This document shows, one piece after another, positions 1 through 9,721 of a DNA stretch of 64,000 nt (the first letter of the stretch is position 1; each line of letters starts with the position of its first letter). The notes beneath the pieces are model-generated. The model was given only the letters and a program-made list of their open reading frames with translations, was not told where the DNA came from and did not search any database. The DNA comes from an uncultured Endomicrobiia bacterium. Its GTDB lineage: Bacteria > Elusimicrobiota > Endomicrobiia > DTEH01. The DNA lies in contig CALDDQ010000006.1 in NCBI GenBank assembly GCA_937936785.1, positions 68,739-132,738 of the forward strand, read 5' to 3'. The position numbers and the translations under genes were made by a program.

Positions 1-74
1 TTCACAAAATGTAAGCCATAGAAAATGCTACATATAATGGTCCTGTGTACTGCTCACTGTTTTTTTGGACAGTT

Positions 75-602
75 TTAAATTGCCATTATGAGAAAGTTTT
101 GCTGTGTCCATACTTGTGTAAACTCTTCTGGACTCAAATAACCGAGTGCTGAATGTTCATACCTGTTGTTATATTCTTCAATCTTGTGAGCAATCAGTTG
201 TTTTGCTTGTTCTACTGACTCAAATCCAACAAGCCATATTAGTTCTTCTTTAAGTGTTCTAATAAATCTTTCTGTATCAGCGTTACCTTTAGGATTGTTG
301 TATGAAGTAAATGCCTGTTTTATACCTAATAAAGCACATTCTTTCATAAGATGATAAACTTTCTTTTTGTTAATTTTTATATGTTCTCTATGATTTAACC
401 AGGCACAGAGTTGTCTATAACCCCAATACGGATGTTCAGTAACAATCTGTTTTATTTTTTCAATAGTATATTCGTCATCGGTATCTTCGGTCTGTATATT
501 CCGGGTATACCTTTTTGAACCAATTAAAGCATAAAAACTACTTCTTGCCATATTTAATGCCTTGCAGATGTCCGTAATCTTAAATCCTTCTTTAACCAAC
601 AT
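75..602 (-). pseudogene. IS3-family transposase OrfB (integrase) with internal deletion of the DDE core (both Asp residues missing)
   Basis: The N-terminal 'KKVYHLMKECALLGIK' and C-terminal 'KGNADTERFIRTLKEE...YNNRYEHSALGYLSPEEF' motifs are present, but about 120 aa between them, including D1 and D2, are absent. The frame is open upstream to the slippery site. Confidence 0.55.
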
Positions 603-622
603 TTTAATCTGTTCAAATTTAT

Positions 623-910
623 CTACCTCAGCAAATTCGCAGTTTTTTTTAGAACTTGTATTTCTATTGCTTGCTTACCGATTATTTGTTCATACTCTTG
701 AAGTTTATTCTGTAATTGCAGTTCAGCCGGTGATAATCTACCCATTTCCAGCGCCTTCTTACCAGATTCTAAAAACAAGTCACGCCATCTGTAATACTGA
801 CTTTGTGACACGTTGTATTTACGACACAACTCTACAACCTGGGTGCTGTCCTTTAATCCTTCAAGCACAATTGATAACTTCTCTTCAACTGACCTTTTGC
901 TCTTGTTCAT
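623..910 (-). CDS. IS3-family transposase OrfA (HTH DNA-binding subunit)
   Basis: 95 aa with HTH motif 'VVELCRKYNVSQSQYYRWR' and a leucine-rich C-terminus, typical of IS3 OrfA. An AGGAGG RBS lies upstream (919-924 on the complementary strand). Confidence 0.75.
   Translation of the reverse strand: MNKSKRSVEEKLSIVLEGLKDSTQVVELCRKYNVSQSQYYRWRDLFLESGKKALEMGRLSPAELQLQNKLQEYEQIIGKQAIEIQVLKKTANLLR
643..650 (-). other. -1 programmed ribosomal frameshift slippery run (A AAA AAA A) joining OrfA to OrfB
   Basis: A T8 run on the plus strand gives an A8 run within 'cta aaa aaa act' of OrfA. Shifting -1 here reads NCEFAEVDKFEQIKMLVKEGF with no stop, directly into the OrfB frame. Confidence 0.55.
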
Positions 911-954
911 GGTTTACCCCTCCTGGACTTATTATACAACATTTTTCTCTCATA

Positions 955-1731
955 TTAAAGTGTCCAAGTTTTCAGTGGGGCAGTATAAATATTTCCCAAT
1001 GCTTTTACCACTGCAACACGAACTTGATAATGTTTATCATTCATTTTTTCTCTTAAAATTGGTATTGCATCAATGTGCCCAATCCGTCCTAAAGATAACA
1101 CAGCTTCCCTGCGAACATCTTCAATATTGTCATAACATAATTTTTTTAAAACTTTTATTGCATCAAATTTATCTTTCTGTCCTAAAAGTATTGCTGCTGC
1201 TTTACGATAATCACGATTGTCAGATTCTGCCATTGGAATTAAATATTGTGTTGGAATATTGTAAATAAAAAGTTTGTTCACTACATATCTAAAATATCAG
1301 CGATTATTTTTCTCAAAAAATTCTAATATTATTTTATACAAATTTTCACTCTTAAAATTTATCAAAACTCTTAAAGTTGCAAATCTTATTTCATGTCTTT
1401 TATGAAAAATAAAATTAAATATTTCTTGTTCTGACTCTACAAAATCAAGTTCTCCTAATCTTTCTATAGCATAAATTTTTTTCCACCAAAAAATAGATCT
1501 TAATTGTTTTATATCTGCTAAATAAAAACCTAACATTTTATATAACTGCTTTATCCTTTGTTGCACTTCAGGTAAACTTTTCTTATATTCTTTAACCAAA
1601 AAATCACGAAACAATTTGCTATTTTTTAAAAAATTACTTTCTTTATCTAAAATCTTAAATTTATCATAAAATTCTGGAATTATATTTTCATAATATTTTT
1701 GTTTAAAATAATGAATAAAAACTGAATACAA
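955..1731 (-). pseudogene. HEAT-repeat (PBS-lyase-like) protein gene interrupted by an in-frame TGA (1297-1299), with its 3' end inside the IS3 end
   Basis: ORFs 1297-1731 and 955-1281 are in the same frame, separated only by TGA plus 5 codons: ...FFEKNNR*YFRYV(GTG)NKLFIY... Both halves contain HEAT-like 'xVRxxAxxxLGxIG' repeats. The last 11 codons and the stop lie inside the inferred IS terminal repeat. Confidence 0.55.
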
Positions 1732-1824
1732 ATATACTATTAAAAGAAAAATGAAAATCAGATATAAAACAATTAAAAACTCTCTTAGAAAAGGTAATAA
1801 TCTAGCAGATAGATCAAATATATT

Positions 1825-3021
1825 TTAAAATTTTTGTGTCAGATATGCATAATTCTTATAATTCTTTTTTAATTCTTTTATAGAATCACCACCAAATTTA
1901 ATTTTAATCTCGTTGGTCAGAGTTATTGCTAACATTGATTCTGCAATAACACTACAGGCAGGAACTGCTACAACATCACTTCTTATAATATCAGCAAAAT
2001 TTTGTTTTTTAGTTTTTATATTAACTGTCTTTAAAGGTTTTCCTAAAGTTGGTATTGGTTTCATCGTACATCTAACAATTATAGGTTCTCCGTTTGATAT
2101 CCCACCTTCAATACCACCTGCATTATTTGTTTTTCTATAAAATTTTAAATTTTTACCTTTCAACTTTGAACTATAAAATATTTCATCATGCACTTCAGAA
2201 CCAAATTTTGTCCCACAAACTTTTCCCATACCTATCTCTACAGATTTCACCGCTGGAATTGACATCATTGAAAACGCAATTTTTGCATCTAACCTTGAAG
2301 TCCATTGTGTATGACTTCCTAATCCTATAGGATTTTTAACTGAGAAAGTTACAAATTCACCACCAAGAGTATCTTTTTTTAACATTGTTTCATCAATAAA
2401 TTTTATCATCTGTTTTTCTACGGCCATATTTGTAACTCTTAGAACAGATTTTTCTGCTAAATTATGCAATTTTATAAGCAAATTATAGTTTGTAGTTAAA
2501 TAATCCAAATTCACTTTCACTTTGCCAATACTTGTAACAAAAGAACCAACAAAAATGTTTAACTGTGATAAAAACTGTTTACATACACTTCCAGCAACAA
2601 CACGACCAACAGTTTCTCTTGCAGAAGAACGTTCTGAAATATCTTTTAAATCTGACCTAAAAAATTTTATTGCGCCAGCAAGATCGGCATGTCCAGGACG
2701 TGGATTTAACAGTCTTTTAAAATTTGTTTCTTGAAATGTTTTACCTTTATTCTCAAAATTAAAATCATTTTTCCGCCAATCTTTGTTATATACAATAAAA
2801 CAAATCGGTGAACCTATAGTTTCACCAAACCGTAATCCAGAAATTATTTCTGCACTGTCTTTCTCTATTTCCATACGTTTTCCACGACCATAACCTTTTT
2901 GTCTACGAGCAAGTTCTTTGTTAATTTCATCTAATGAAAGTTTTAATCCTGCAGGTATCCCTTCCAAAATTACAACAATACCTTTGCCATGTGATTCTCC
3001 GGCTGTAATAAAATTTATCAT
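1825..3021 (-). CDS. aroC: chorismate synthase
   Basis: 398 aa. The N-terminal 'FITAGESHGKG', 'RPGHAD' and 'SARET' motifs are characteristic of AroC. Confidence 0.9.
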   Translation of the reverse strand: MINFITAGESHGKGIVVILEGIPAGLKLSLDEINKELARRQKGYGRGKRMEIEKDSAEIISGLRFGETIGSPICFIVYNKDWRKNDFNFENKGKTFQETNFKRLLNPRPGHADLAGAIKFFRSDLKDISERSSARETVGRVVAGSVCKQFLSQLNIFVGSFVTSIGKVKVNLDYLTTNYNLLIKLHNLAEKSVLRVTNMAVEKQMIKFIDETMLKKDTLGGEFVTFSVKNPIGLGSHTQWTSRLDAKIAFSMMSIPAVKSVEIGMGKVCGTKFGSEVHDEIFYSSKLKGKNLKFYRKTNNAGGIEGGISNGEPIIVRCTMKPIPTLGKPLKTVNIKTKKQNFADIIRSDVVAVPACSVIAESMLAITLTNEIKIKFGGDSIKELKKNYKNYAYLTQKF

Positions 3022-3044
3022 CTGTTCATACTCCTAAAAAATTT

Positions 3045-4457
3045 TTATACAATTTGTTCAATTTCTTTTATTGAAGACACAAATTTTATTTCTACACTTT
3101 TATTATTTTCAAACTTATCTTTTTGTTCATTTAACCTTATTTCATTTGCTTTTGGCAAATATATTTTTTTGTATCCTAATTTTATCGCTTCATTAATACG
3201 TTCCGTAACAAAACTTACCGCACGAAGTTCTCCCGTAAGTCCTATCTCTCCTAAATAAACACTTTTGTTGTCTATTAACAAATTTTTGTGTGCAGAAAAA
3301 ATGCTTACAACTATCGCTAAATCTAATGCTGTCTCTTTTGTTTTTATCCCTGAAACTACATTTATATAAATATCTTCGTTGATTAAGACTAATCCTGTGA
3401 ACTTCTCTAAAACAGAAATTAATAATGTAGCCCTATTATAATCAACCCCTGCAACCACACGTCTTGGTTGTGGAAAATATGTTCTACTGACCAGCGCTTG
3501 TACCTGAGTTAATATTGGTCTAGAACCTTCAATTAAACACGTTGTTACAGTACCTGCCAAACTTTCGTGGTATTCAACAAAAACTGTAGATGGATTTAAA
3601 ACTTCTTTTAAACCCAATGAAGTCATTTCAAAAACACCAATCTCTGATGTAGGACCAAAACGGTTCTTATAAACACGTAAAATTCTTAAATTACGGATTG
3701 TTTCTGATTCAAAATATAAAACTGTGTCAACCATATGTTCTAACAATCTTGGTCCTGCAATATCGCCATCTTTTGTCACATGACCTAAAATAAATACAGC
3801 AATGTTTTTCCATTTTGCGATACGAATAATTTCAGCAGTTACTCCTCGAATTTGTGCAACACTACCTTGCGTATTTGGTATATTTTCTGAAAACAAAGTT
3901 TGTATTGAATCCAAAATTAAAACTTCAGGATTAATATTTTCAACCAAAGATAAAACTTTTTCTATTGAAGTTTCTGATACAACATATAAATTTTCACTTC
4001 TAATTTCTAACCTATCAGCACGCAACTTTATTTGTTGAACAGATTCTTCTCCTGAAACATATAAAATTTTATAAAAACTTTTTTTTAACAAAGTAGTTTT
4101 GCTAATATTTTCTGCTACCTGTAACATTAAAGTAGATTTTCCAATACCCGGTGCACCTCCAAGTAAAATTACAGAACCCAAAACTATTCCTCCACCCATA
4201 ATCCTGTCAAACTCGTTAATGTTTGTAAAAATACGATTGATTTCAAAATCTTTTTTTATCAAATTAATCTGTTGAACTTCTGATGAAAAATCTGTAATAT
4301 TTTTTTTGCCAATTTGTAAATTATCAGTTCTAAATTCTATAAAACTATTCCAACTATTACATTCAGGACATTTGCCTAACCATTTCAATGATTCATAACC
4401 ACACTCACGACAAACAAATTTTATTTCTTGTTTTGTTTTTTTCATTTTATGTATCAC
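3045..4457 (-). CDS. radA: DNA repair protein RadA/Sms
   Basis: N-terminal C4 zinc finger (CRECGYESLKWLGKCPECNSW), RecA-like Walker A 'GGAPGIGKST', and a Lon-like C-terminal domain. Confidence 0.9.
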   Translation of the reverse strand: MIHKMKKTKQEIKFVCRECGYESLKWLGKCPECNSWNSFIEFRTDNLQIGKKNITDFSSEVQQINLIKKDFEINRIFTNINEFDRIMGGGIVLGSVILLGGAPGIGKSTLMLQVAENISKTTLLKKSFYKILYVSGEESVQQIKLRADRLEIRSENLYVVSETSIEKVLSLVENINPEVLILDSIQTLFSENIPNTQGSVAQIRGVTAEIIRIAKWKNIAVFILGHVTKDGDIAGPRLLEHMVDTVLYFESETIRNLRILRVYKNRFGPTSEIGVFEMTSLGLKEVLNPSTVFVEYHESLAGTVTTCLIEGSRPILTQVQALVSRTYFPQPRRVVAGVDYNRATLLISVLEKFTGLVLINEDIYINVVSGIKTKETALDLAIVVSIFSAHKNLLIDNKSVYLGEIGLTGELRAVSFVTERINEAIKLGYKKIYLPKANEIRLNEQKDKFENNKSVEIKFVSSIKEIEQIV

Positions 4458-4484
4458 ATTATAAAAATTTAAGTCAAAAATATT

Positions 4485-6284
4485 TTAATTCCTATCAATC
4501 TTTAACAACTCTATAAATGTCTCCTTAGGAATATCCACATTACCAAGCGATTTCATTTTTTTCTTACCTTCTTTTTGTTTCTCTAAAAGTTTACGTTTTC
4601 TGGTAATATCCCCTCCATAACATTTTGCAAGAACGTCCTTCCTCATTGATTGAATATCTTCTCGAGCAATAATTTTATTTTGGCATTTTACCTGTAATGG
4701 AATTGTAAACATATGTCTGGGAATAGTTTTTTTCAACTTTTCTAAAATTTTAACTGCCAAATTATGTGCTTTATCTTTATGTACTATCAATGAAAACGAA
4801 TCTACTGGTTCGTTGTTTACTAAAACTTCTAATTTAACCAAATCTGCCTCTTTGTAACCTATCTGCTCATAATCAAATGATGCATAACCTTTTGACACAG
4901 ACTTTATAGCATCAAAAAATCCTACTATAAGTTCTGCTAATGGAATTTCAAATACTACTATTACACTGTTCTCATCTATAAAATTTTGGTCTAATACCTC
5001 AGCTCTAAACAGTTTGCATGTCTCTATCACATTACTTAAATATGCAAGCGGAGTTACAACTGTAGTTTTGGTTATTGGTTCATAAATTTTTTCTATTTCA
5101 AACGGTTCTGGAAAATCAGATGGGTTATCAACTAAATGTTCTTTCTTATCAATTTTAATTACTTTATATTCTACATTTGGTATCGTAACAATTAAATCTA
5201 AATTGTATTCCCGTTCCAATCGTTCTTTAACAATATCCATATGTAAAGACCCTAAAAATCCACAATGAAATCCTCCACCTAAAACACGTGAACTGGTAAC
5301 TTTATATGATAATGAATAGTCCATTAAATGCAATTTTTGTAGTGCCATTTTTAAATCGTCATAATCTTTCGGACTTAGAGGATAAACTCCAGCAAAAACG
5401 TATGGTTTAACTTCTGGAGCAACAATTTTTGGTAACAAATTTTTTTCAATCTGTGGTTCAGTAATTATATCTCCAATTTTTATCTGATGAATATCTTTTA
5501 CTCCTGCTACAATATACCCAACTTCTCCTGCATAAAGTTCTTCTTTAGAAACAAAATTTAATTTTATATGTCCTAATTCTTCCACTTTATAAATTTTCTG
5601 TCCTTCAGCAGTGCTAAACTTAAATTGCATATCTTTAGAAATCTTTTTACTCAAAACTTTAACAAACATAACCACTCCCCTGTATGAGTCATAATACGCA
5701 TCAAAAACTAATGCTGACATAAAATTTATATCAAAAATTTTTGACCCGGGCAATTGTTTTATTATAGTTTCTAGTATTTTTTCTACATTAATACCTGTTT
5801 TTGCACTAATTGGTATAGGTTCAATTTCAATATTTAACGATTCCTGTATCTGCAAAATTGTTCTTTCAACATCAGCCCCAGGTAAATCAATTTTGTTTAT
5901 TACAGGAATAATTTTTAACCCAGATTTCTTAGCCAAAAAAGTGTTCGCCAAAGTTTGTGCTTCAACACCTTGCGATGCGTCTACTACCAAAATTGCTCCT
6001 TCACATGCGTTCATTACACGCATAACTTCATAAGTGAAATCTACATGACCTGGTGTATCAATTAAGTTTAAAATATAATCTTGACCATTGTAACTATATT
6101 CCATGCGAATAGTTTTTGACCTAATAGTAATTCCTCGTTCACGCTCTAATTCCATGCTATCAAGAAGTTGTTCTTGCATTAAACGTTTAGGAACTGTATT
6201 GGTAAGTTCTAACAATCTATCGGCTAAAGTAGATTTTCCATGATCTATGTGTGCTATTATACAAAAATTGCGTATCGTGTTCAT
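4485..6284 (-). CDS. lepA: elongation factor 4 (LepA)
   Basis: 599 aa. GTPase motifs 'AHIDHGKSTL' and 'DTPGHVDF', and LepA-specific C-terminal domain length. Confidence 0.9.
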   Translation of the reverse strand: MNTIRNFCIIAHIDHGKSTLADRLLELTNTVPKRLMQEQLLDSMELERERGITIRSKTIRMEYSYNGQDYILNLIDTPGHVDFTYEVMRVMNACEGAILVVDASQGVEAQTLANTFLAKKSGLKIIPVINKIDLPGADVERTILQIQESLNIEIEPIPISAKTGINVEKILETIIKQLPGSKIFDINFMSALVFDAYYDSYRGVVMFVKVLSKKISKDMQFKFSTAEGQKIYKVEELGHIKLNFVSKEELYAGEVGYIVAGVKDIHQIKIGDIITEPQIEKNLLPKIVAPEVKPYVFAGVYPLSPKDYDDLKMALQKLHLMDYSLSYKVTSSRVLGGGFHCGFLGSLHMDIVKERLEREYNLDLIVTIPNVEYKVIKIDKKEHLVDNPSDFPEPFEIEKIYEPITKTTVVTPLAYLSNVIETCKLFRAEVLDQNFIDENSVIVVFEIPLAELIVGFFDAIKSVSKGYASFDYEQIGYKEADLVKLEVLVNNEPVDSFSLIVHKDKAHNLAVKILEKLKKTIPRHMFTIPLQVKCQNKIIAREDIQSMRKDVLAKCYGGDITRKRKLLEKQKEGKKKMKSLGNVDIPKETFIELLKIDRN

Positions 6285-8059
6285 GAAGTTTTATTATTTT
6301 TGTTTTCATCTTCAGATAAAATTTTTATAACATCAGACCTATCATTAGTATTAAAAATTTTGTTAACCAACTCTTTTGCATCTGATAATACAAATCCACG
6401 AATTAATTTTTTTAATTTTAACACCAAAGCTGGTGGCACACTAAATTCGTCCAGACCCATACCTAATAAAACTTTTGTAAACGAAATATCAGATGCCATT
6501 TCACCACACATTGATACATGTTTTCCTTTACTATGTCCTGCATCTATAACATGTTTCATTAATCTTAGTACAGACAAATGTAATGGATCATACATATCTG
6601 CTACATTTTCGTTCATTCTGTCTACAGCAAGTGTATATTGTATTAAATCGTTTGTCCCTATGGACAAAAAATCTGCTTCCTGGGCTATGATATCACTTGT
6701 TAAAGCTGCTGAAGGTAATTCTATCATAGCACCAATTTTTATGTTCTGGTCAAAATTTATATTTCTATTTAACAATTCTTTTTTTACTTCTTCAACAACT
6801 TCTTTTGCAAGTCGAAATTCTTGAACACTAGATATTAACGGAAACATTATCTTCGTATTTTTAAACACAGATGCTCGCAAGATTGCTCTGATTTGTGTTT
6901 TGAACATATCTTTATATTTAAGAGCAAGACGAATACCACGTAAACCTAATGCCGGAGATGTTTCAGGTAACAACCCTTCTAACCCAAGCTTGGATAATTT
7001 ATCTCCACCTATATCTACTGTCCTAAAAATTATTGGATAAGGACTTATTTTCTCTGCAGTATAATAATATTTTTCAAACAATTCATCTTCTTTTGGTAAT
7101 TCATCTCTTTCAATATACATAAACTCTGTTCTAAAAAGTCCAACACCTTCTGCTCCTGATTTTAATACCTCTTCAATTTCTTGTGGAGAATCAAGATTGC
7201 ATACTATACTAACTTTATGACCATCAAGAGTTTCAGCAGGTAAATCTTTTAATTTTATCAAATACTCTCTTTCTTTTACTATTTCGTTGTGTTTCTTAGC
7301 GTACTTATTTAAAGTATTTTCATCAGGATTTATAATTACTGTACCTGTGTTTCCTTCAACAATAATATCTTGACCATCTTCTACAATTTCAGTAATATTT
7401 TTTAACCCAACAACTGCAGGTAATTGTAATCCTTGTGCTACAAGCGAAATGTGTGACGTTTTACTACCTATGTCTACTACAAAACCTGCACATTTTTTTT
7501 CTTTTAACACAACTGTATCCGATGGACTTAGTGTATGAGCTATAACTATCATATTTGGTTGTATATCAGACAAACTTTTTCTTTCTTTTCCTAAAATATT
7601 TCTTAATAGACGACGACCAACATCTCTTATATCAGATATCCTGCCTTTAAAATATTCATCCTCTATTTGTTCAAAAGATTGTATTATTCTGTTTAGTCCT
7701 ACACTAACAGCATACTCTGCTGTTACCAAATCTTCTTCTATCATTCTTACAACATCTCTTGTAAGCAGCGGATCATCTACCATACCTACATAAACATCTA
7801 TCAACAAAGCATGCTGTTTCCCTAAAGCTTTTAATAATCTCTCTTTTGCTGATAATAATTCTTTTTTAGTTTTTTCTAAAGATTCTTTATATAATGCAAC
7901 TTCTTTTTTAACATTTTCTTTTGAAATTTTTTTTAGTGGAATATATAAATCAGCTTCACGTTCAACTAAAAATGCTTTGCCTATTGCAATACCTTCACTT
8001 GCAGCTATACCTTTAAAAATTTTTTGAACTGGTTTATTTTCTTTCATTTTGTTGTTCAC
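6281..8059 (-). CDS. ptsI: phosphoenolpyruvate-protein phosphotransferase (PTS enzyme I)
   Basis: 592 aa. Active-site His region 'GSKTSHISLVAQGLQLPAVVG' and PEP-utilising motif 'GLFRTEFMY'. Its start overlaps the HPr stop by 4 nt. Confidence 0.9.
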   Translation of the reverse strand: MNNKMKENKPVQKIFKGIAASEGIAIGKAFLVEREADLYIPLKKISKENVKKEVALYKESLEKTKKELLSAKERLLKALGKQHALLIDVYVGMVDDPLLTRDVVRMIEEDLVTAEYAVSVGLNRIIQSFEQIEDEYFKGRISDIRDVGRRLLRNILGKERKSLSDIQPNMIVIAHTLSPSDTVVLKEKKCAGFVVDIGSKTSHISLVAQGLQLPAVVGLKNITEIVEDGQDIIVEGNTGTVIINPDENTLNKYAKKHNEIVKEREYLIKLKDLPAETLDGHKVSIVCNLDSPQEIEEVLKSGAEGVGLFRTEFMYIERDELPKEDELFEKYYYTAEKISPYPIIFRTVDIGGDKLSKLGLEGLLPETSPALGLRGIRLALKYKDMFKTQIRAILRASVFKNTKIMFPLISSVQEFRLAKEVVEEVKKELLNRNINFDQNIKIGAMIELPSAALTSDIIAQEADFLSIGTNDLIQYTLAVDRMNENVADMYDPLHLSVLRLMKHVIDAGHSKGKHVSMCGEMASDISFTKVLLGMGLDEFSVPPALVLKLKKLIRGFVLSDAKELVNKIFNTNDRSDVIKILSEDENKNNKTS

Positions 8060-8328
8060 TCATATTCTATATAAAATTTGTTATCTATCAAATCTTTTAA
8101 CATATTAATAACTTCTTGCTCATCCTCTCCATCAACTATAAATTTTATTGTATCACCACAAGCAGCGGCTAAAGTTAACACACCCATAACACTCTTAGCA
8201 TCCACCTGTTCATTTTCTTTCATAATTTTTACAGAAGATTTAAATTTACTAATCTTCTGTACTAATATTGCTGCTGGACGCGCATGTAATCCAAGTTTAT
8301 TTCTAATCACAAATTCTTGTTCTGTCAT
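8056..8328 (-). CDS. ptsH: phosphocarrier protein HPr
   Basis: 90 aa with 'GLHARPAA' around the His15 site. A Ser46 region (KSVMG) is present, consistent with HprK regulation. Confidence 0.85.
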   Translation of the reverse strand: MTEQEFVIRNKLGLHARPAAILVQKISKFKSSVKIMKENEQVDAKSVMGVLTLAAACGDTIKFIVDGEDEQEVINMLKDLIDNKFYIEYE

Positions 8329-8331
8329 ATT

Positions 8332-9081
8332 TTATTTATATATTAAAATTATCATATTAAATAAAAACAAGACATAAAAAATTATTATCTGTGCATATCT
8401 TTTACTTAACAATATTGACAAAATAATATTTAACCAAAAAATTATATTTAAAACATAATCTTCAAACGATATTGAATATACCAACGCGGATAATAACAAT
8501 AATAATATACCAATTTTTCTAAGACTTAAAACTTTCGTCTGTATACTAAATTTTGATAACTTATGTATAACATCACTGCTATATGTATACCCCCAATAAA
8601 CTGAAAAAAATCGTAATGGGATATGAACTAAATTATACAAAAACAAAAATATTGCTAAAATCAATTTTATGTTTACCTCAAACCAATAATTGTCTTTTCC
8701 AGAAAATAAAAATATTGAAACTGCAACAATACCACAAAATACTCTCCACGTGGACCAGATCAGTCTATCACCAATTGCAGCAACAGGTCCTGCTAACATA
8801 GTTTTTGTTCTTATAACTTCATCAGAAGATATCTCCCCACGACTATATTTTTCTTCCAATCGCATTACAATTCCTATTAACAAATTTGCAAGGTATGGAT
8901 GAGTATTAAAAAAACCAAAATGTGCTTTTATTCGTTCTCCTTGAACAACTTTGTCTTTATACAAATAATTTATAAATGGTTTTATACTAAAAGCAAAACC
9001 TACATTTTGCATACGTTCATAATTCCACATGCTTTGTATTAACAATGATCTTATAGCTATTCTTAAACTAAAAAATTTCAT
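8332..9081 (-). CDS. PTS mannose/fructose/sorbose-family EIID component
   Basis: N-terminal 'RSLLIQSMWNYERMQNVGFAFSIKPF' is the EIID-Man family signature. Multi-span membrane protein. Confidence 0.8.
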   Translation of the reverse strand: MKFFSLRIAIRSLLIQSMWNYERMQNVGFAFSIKPFINYLYKDKVVQGERIKAHFGFFNTHPYLANLLIGIVMRLEEKYSRGEISSDEVIRTKTMLAGPVAAIGDRLIWSTWRVFCGIVAVSIFLFSGKDNYWFEVNIKLILAIFLFLYNLVHIPLRFFSVYWGYTYSSDVIHKLSKFSIQTKVLSLRKIGILLLLLSALVYSISFEDYVLNIIFWLNIILSILLSKRYAQIIIFYVLFLFNMIILIYK

Positions 9082-9097
9082 ATTTTTATATTAAAAT

Positions 9098-9721
9098 TTA
9101 TTCTTCCATAAAATGTGCAATTCCTATACCAACTCCTATCGCAGGTAAAATATAAATTATGTCTCTAAAGTTTTCTTTCACAGGACAATATTGTATTAAA
9201 ACACAAACATTTTTTACAATAAAATAAATTATTGGTAAAACTATCAAATAAAATAATATTGTTCGTAAAAAAGATACAACTATACCATAATAGACTAACA
9301 AATTTATTCTTTTCTCTACAAATTCTGCTTTTGCAGTATCTACCCAACTTAAATACATATTATTTAGCGTTCTTATCTGAATATCAGTAAATTTATAAAC
9401 TAAACTAAATATTATTCCAAAAAATATTGACATCGGCATTCCTAAATCGTTGCATTCTCTTATATTAGCAAATACTACTGACAAAATTGTTGCTGCAGTA
9501 GCATCCGGCGGTATTTTTATCCCTATAGGTATAACAGATATATACATCAACTCTAAAATTACTCCTATCATCAAACCAGTTTGTGGTGAATTAAAAAAAT
9601 ATCCCACTATAGGTCCTACAACAATAGGTCTTGAAAACATAAACTGGCCAAAAACCATCGTGTCTAAATGCACCACACCACTAAATATCGCTAATAACAA
9701 AAATTTTAATGTAATGTTCAT
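9098..9721 (-). CDS. PTS mannose-family EIIC component
   Basis: 207-aa polytopic membrane protein, sitting immediately 5' of the EIID gene in the conventional IIC-IID order. Confidence 0.65.
   Translation of the reverse strand: MNITLKFLLLAIFSGVVHLDTMVFGQFMFSRPIVVGPIVGYFFNSPQTGLMIGVILELMYISVIPIGIKIPPDATAATILSVVFANIRECNDLGMPMSIFFGIIFSLVYKFTDIQIRTLNNMYLSWVDTAKAEFVEKRINLLVYYGIVVSFLRTILFYLIVLPIIYFIVKNVCVLIQYCPVKENFRDIIYILPAIGVGIGIAHFMEE

Larger units (their letters stand above)
45..987 (-). mobile_element. IS3-family insertion sequence, internally deleted copy (boundaries approximate)
   Basis: OrfA HTH transposase (623-910) and OrfB integrase C-terminus (YNNRYEHSALGYLSPEEF) lie in the -1 frame and are joined at an A8 slippery run. 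Imperfect terminal inverted repeats are TGTACTGCTCACTG (45-58) and the complement of CAGTGGGGCAGTATA (973-987). The element is about 943 bp, versus 1.2-1.5 kb for intact IS3 members. Confidence 0.5.

Noticed and set aside
562-1268. Plus-strand ORFs 562-1056 and 813-1268 (and similar antisense ORFs 6240-6824, 52671-53177, 58266-58949, 62951-63583)
   Set aside because: They lie antisense to well-supported minus-strand genes or to the IS element. They are low-complexity, and have no recognisable motifs or RBS. They are typical shadow ORFs of AT-rich DNA.
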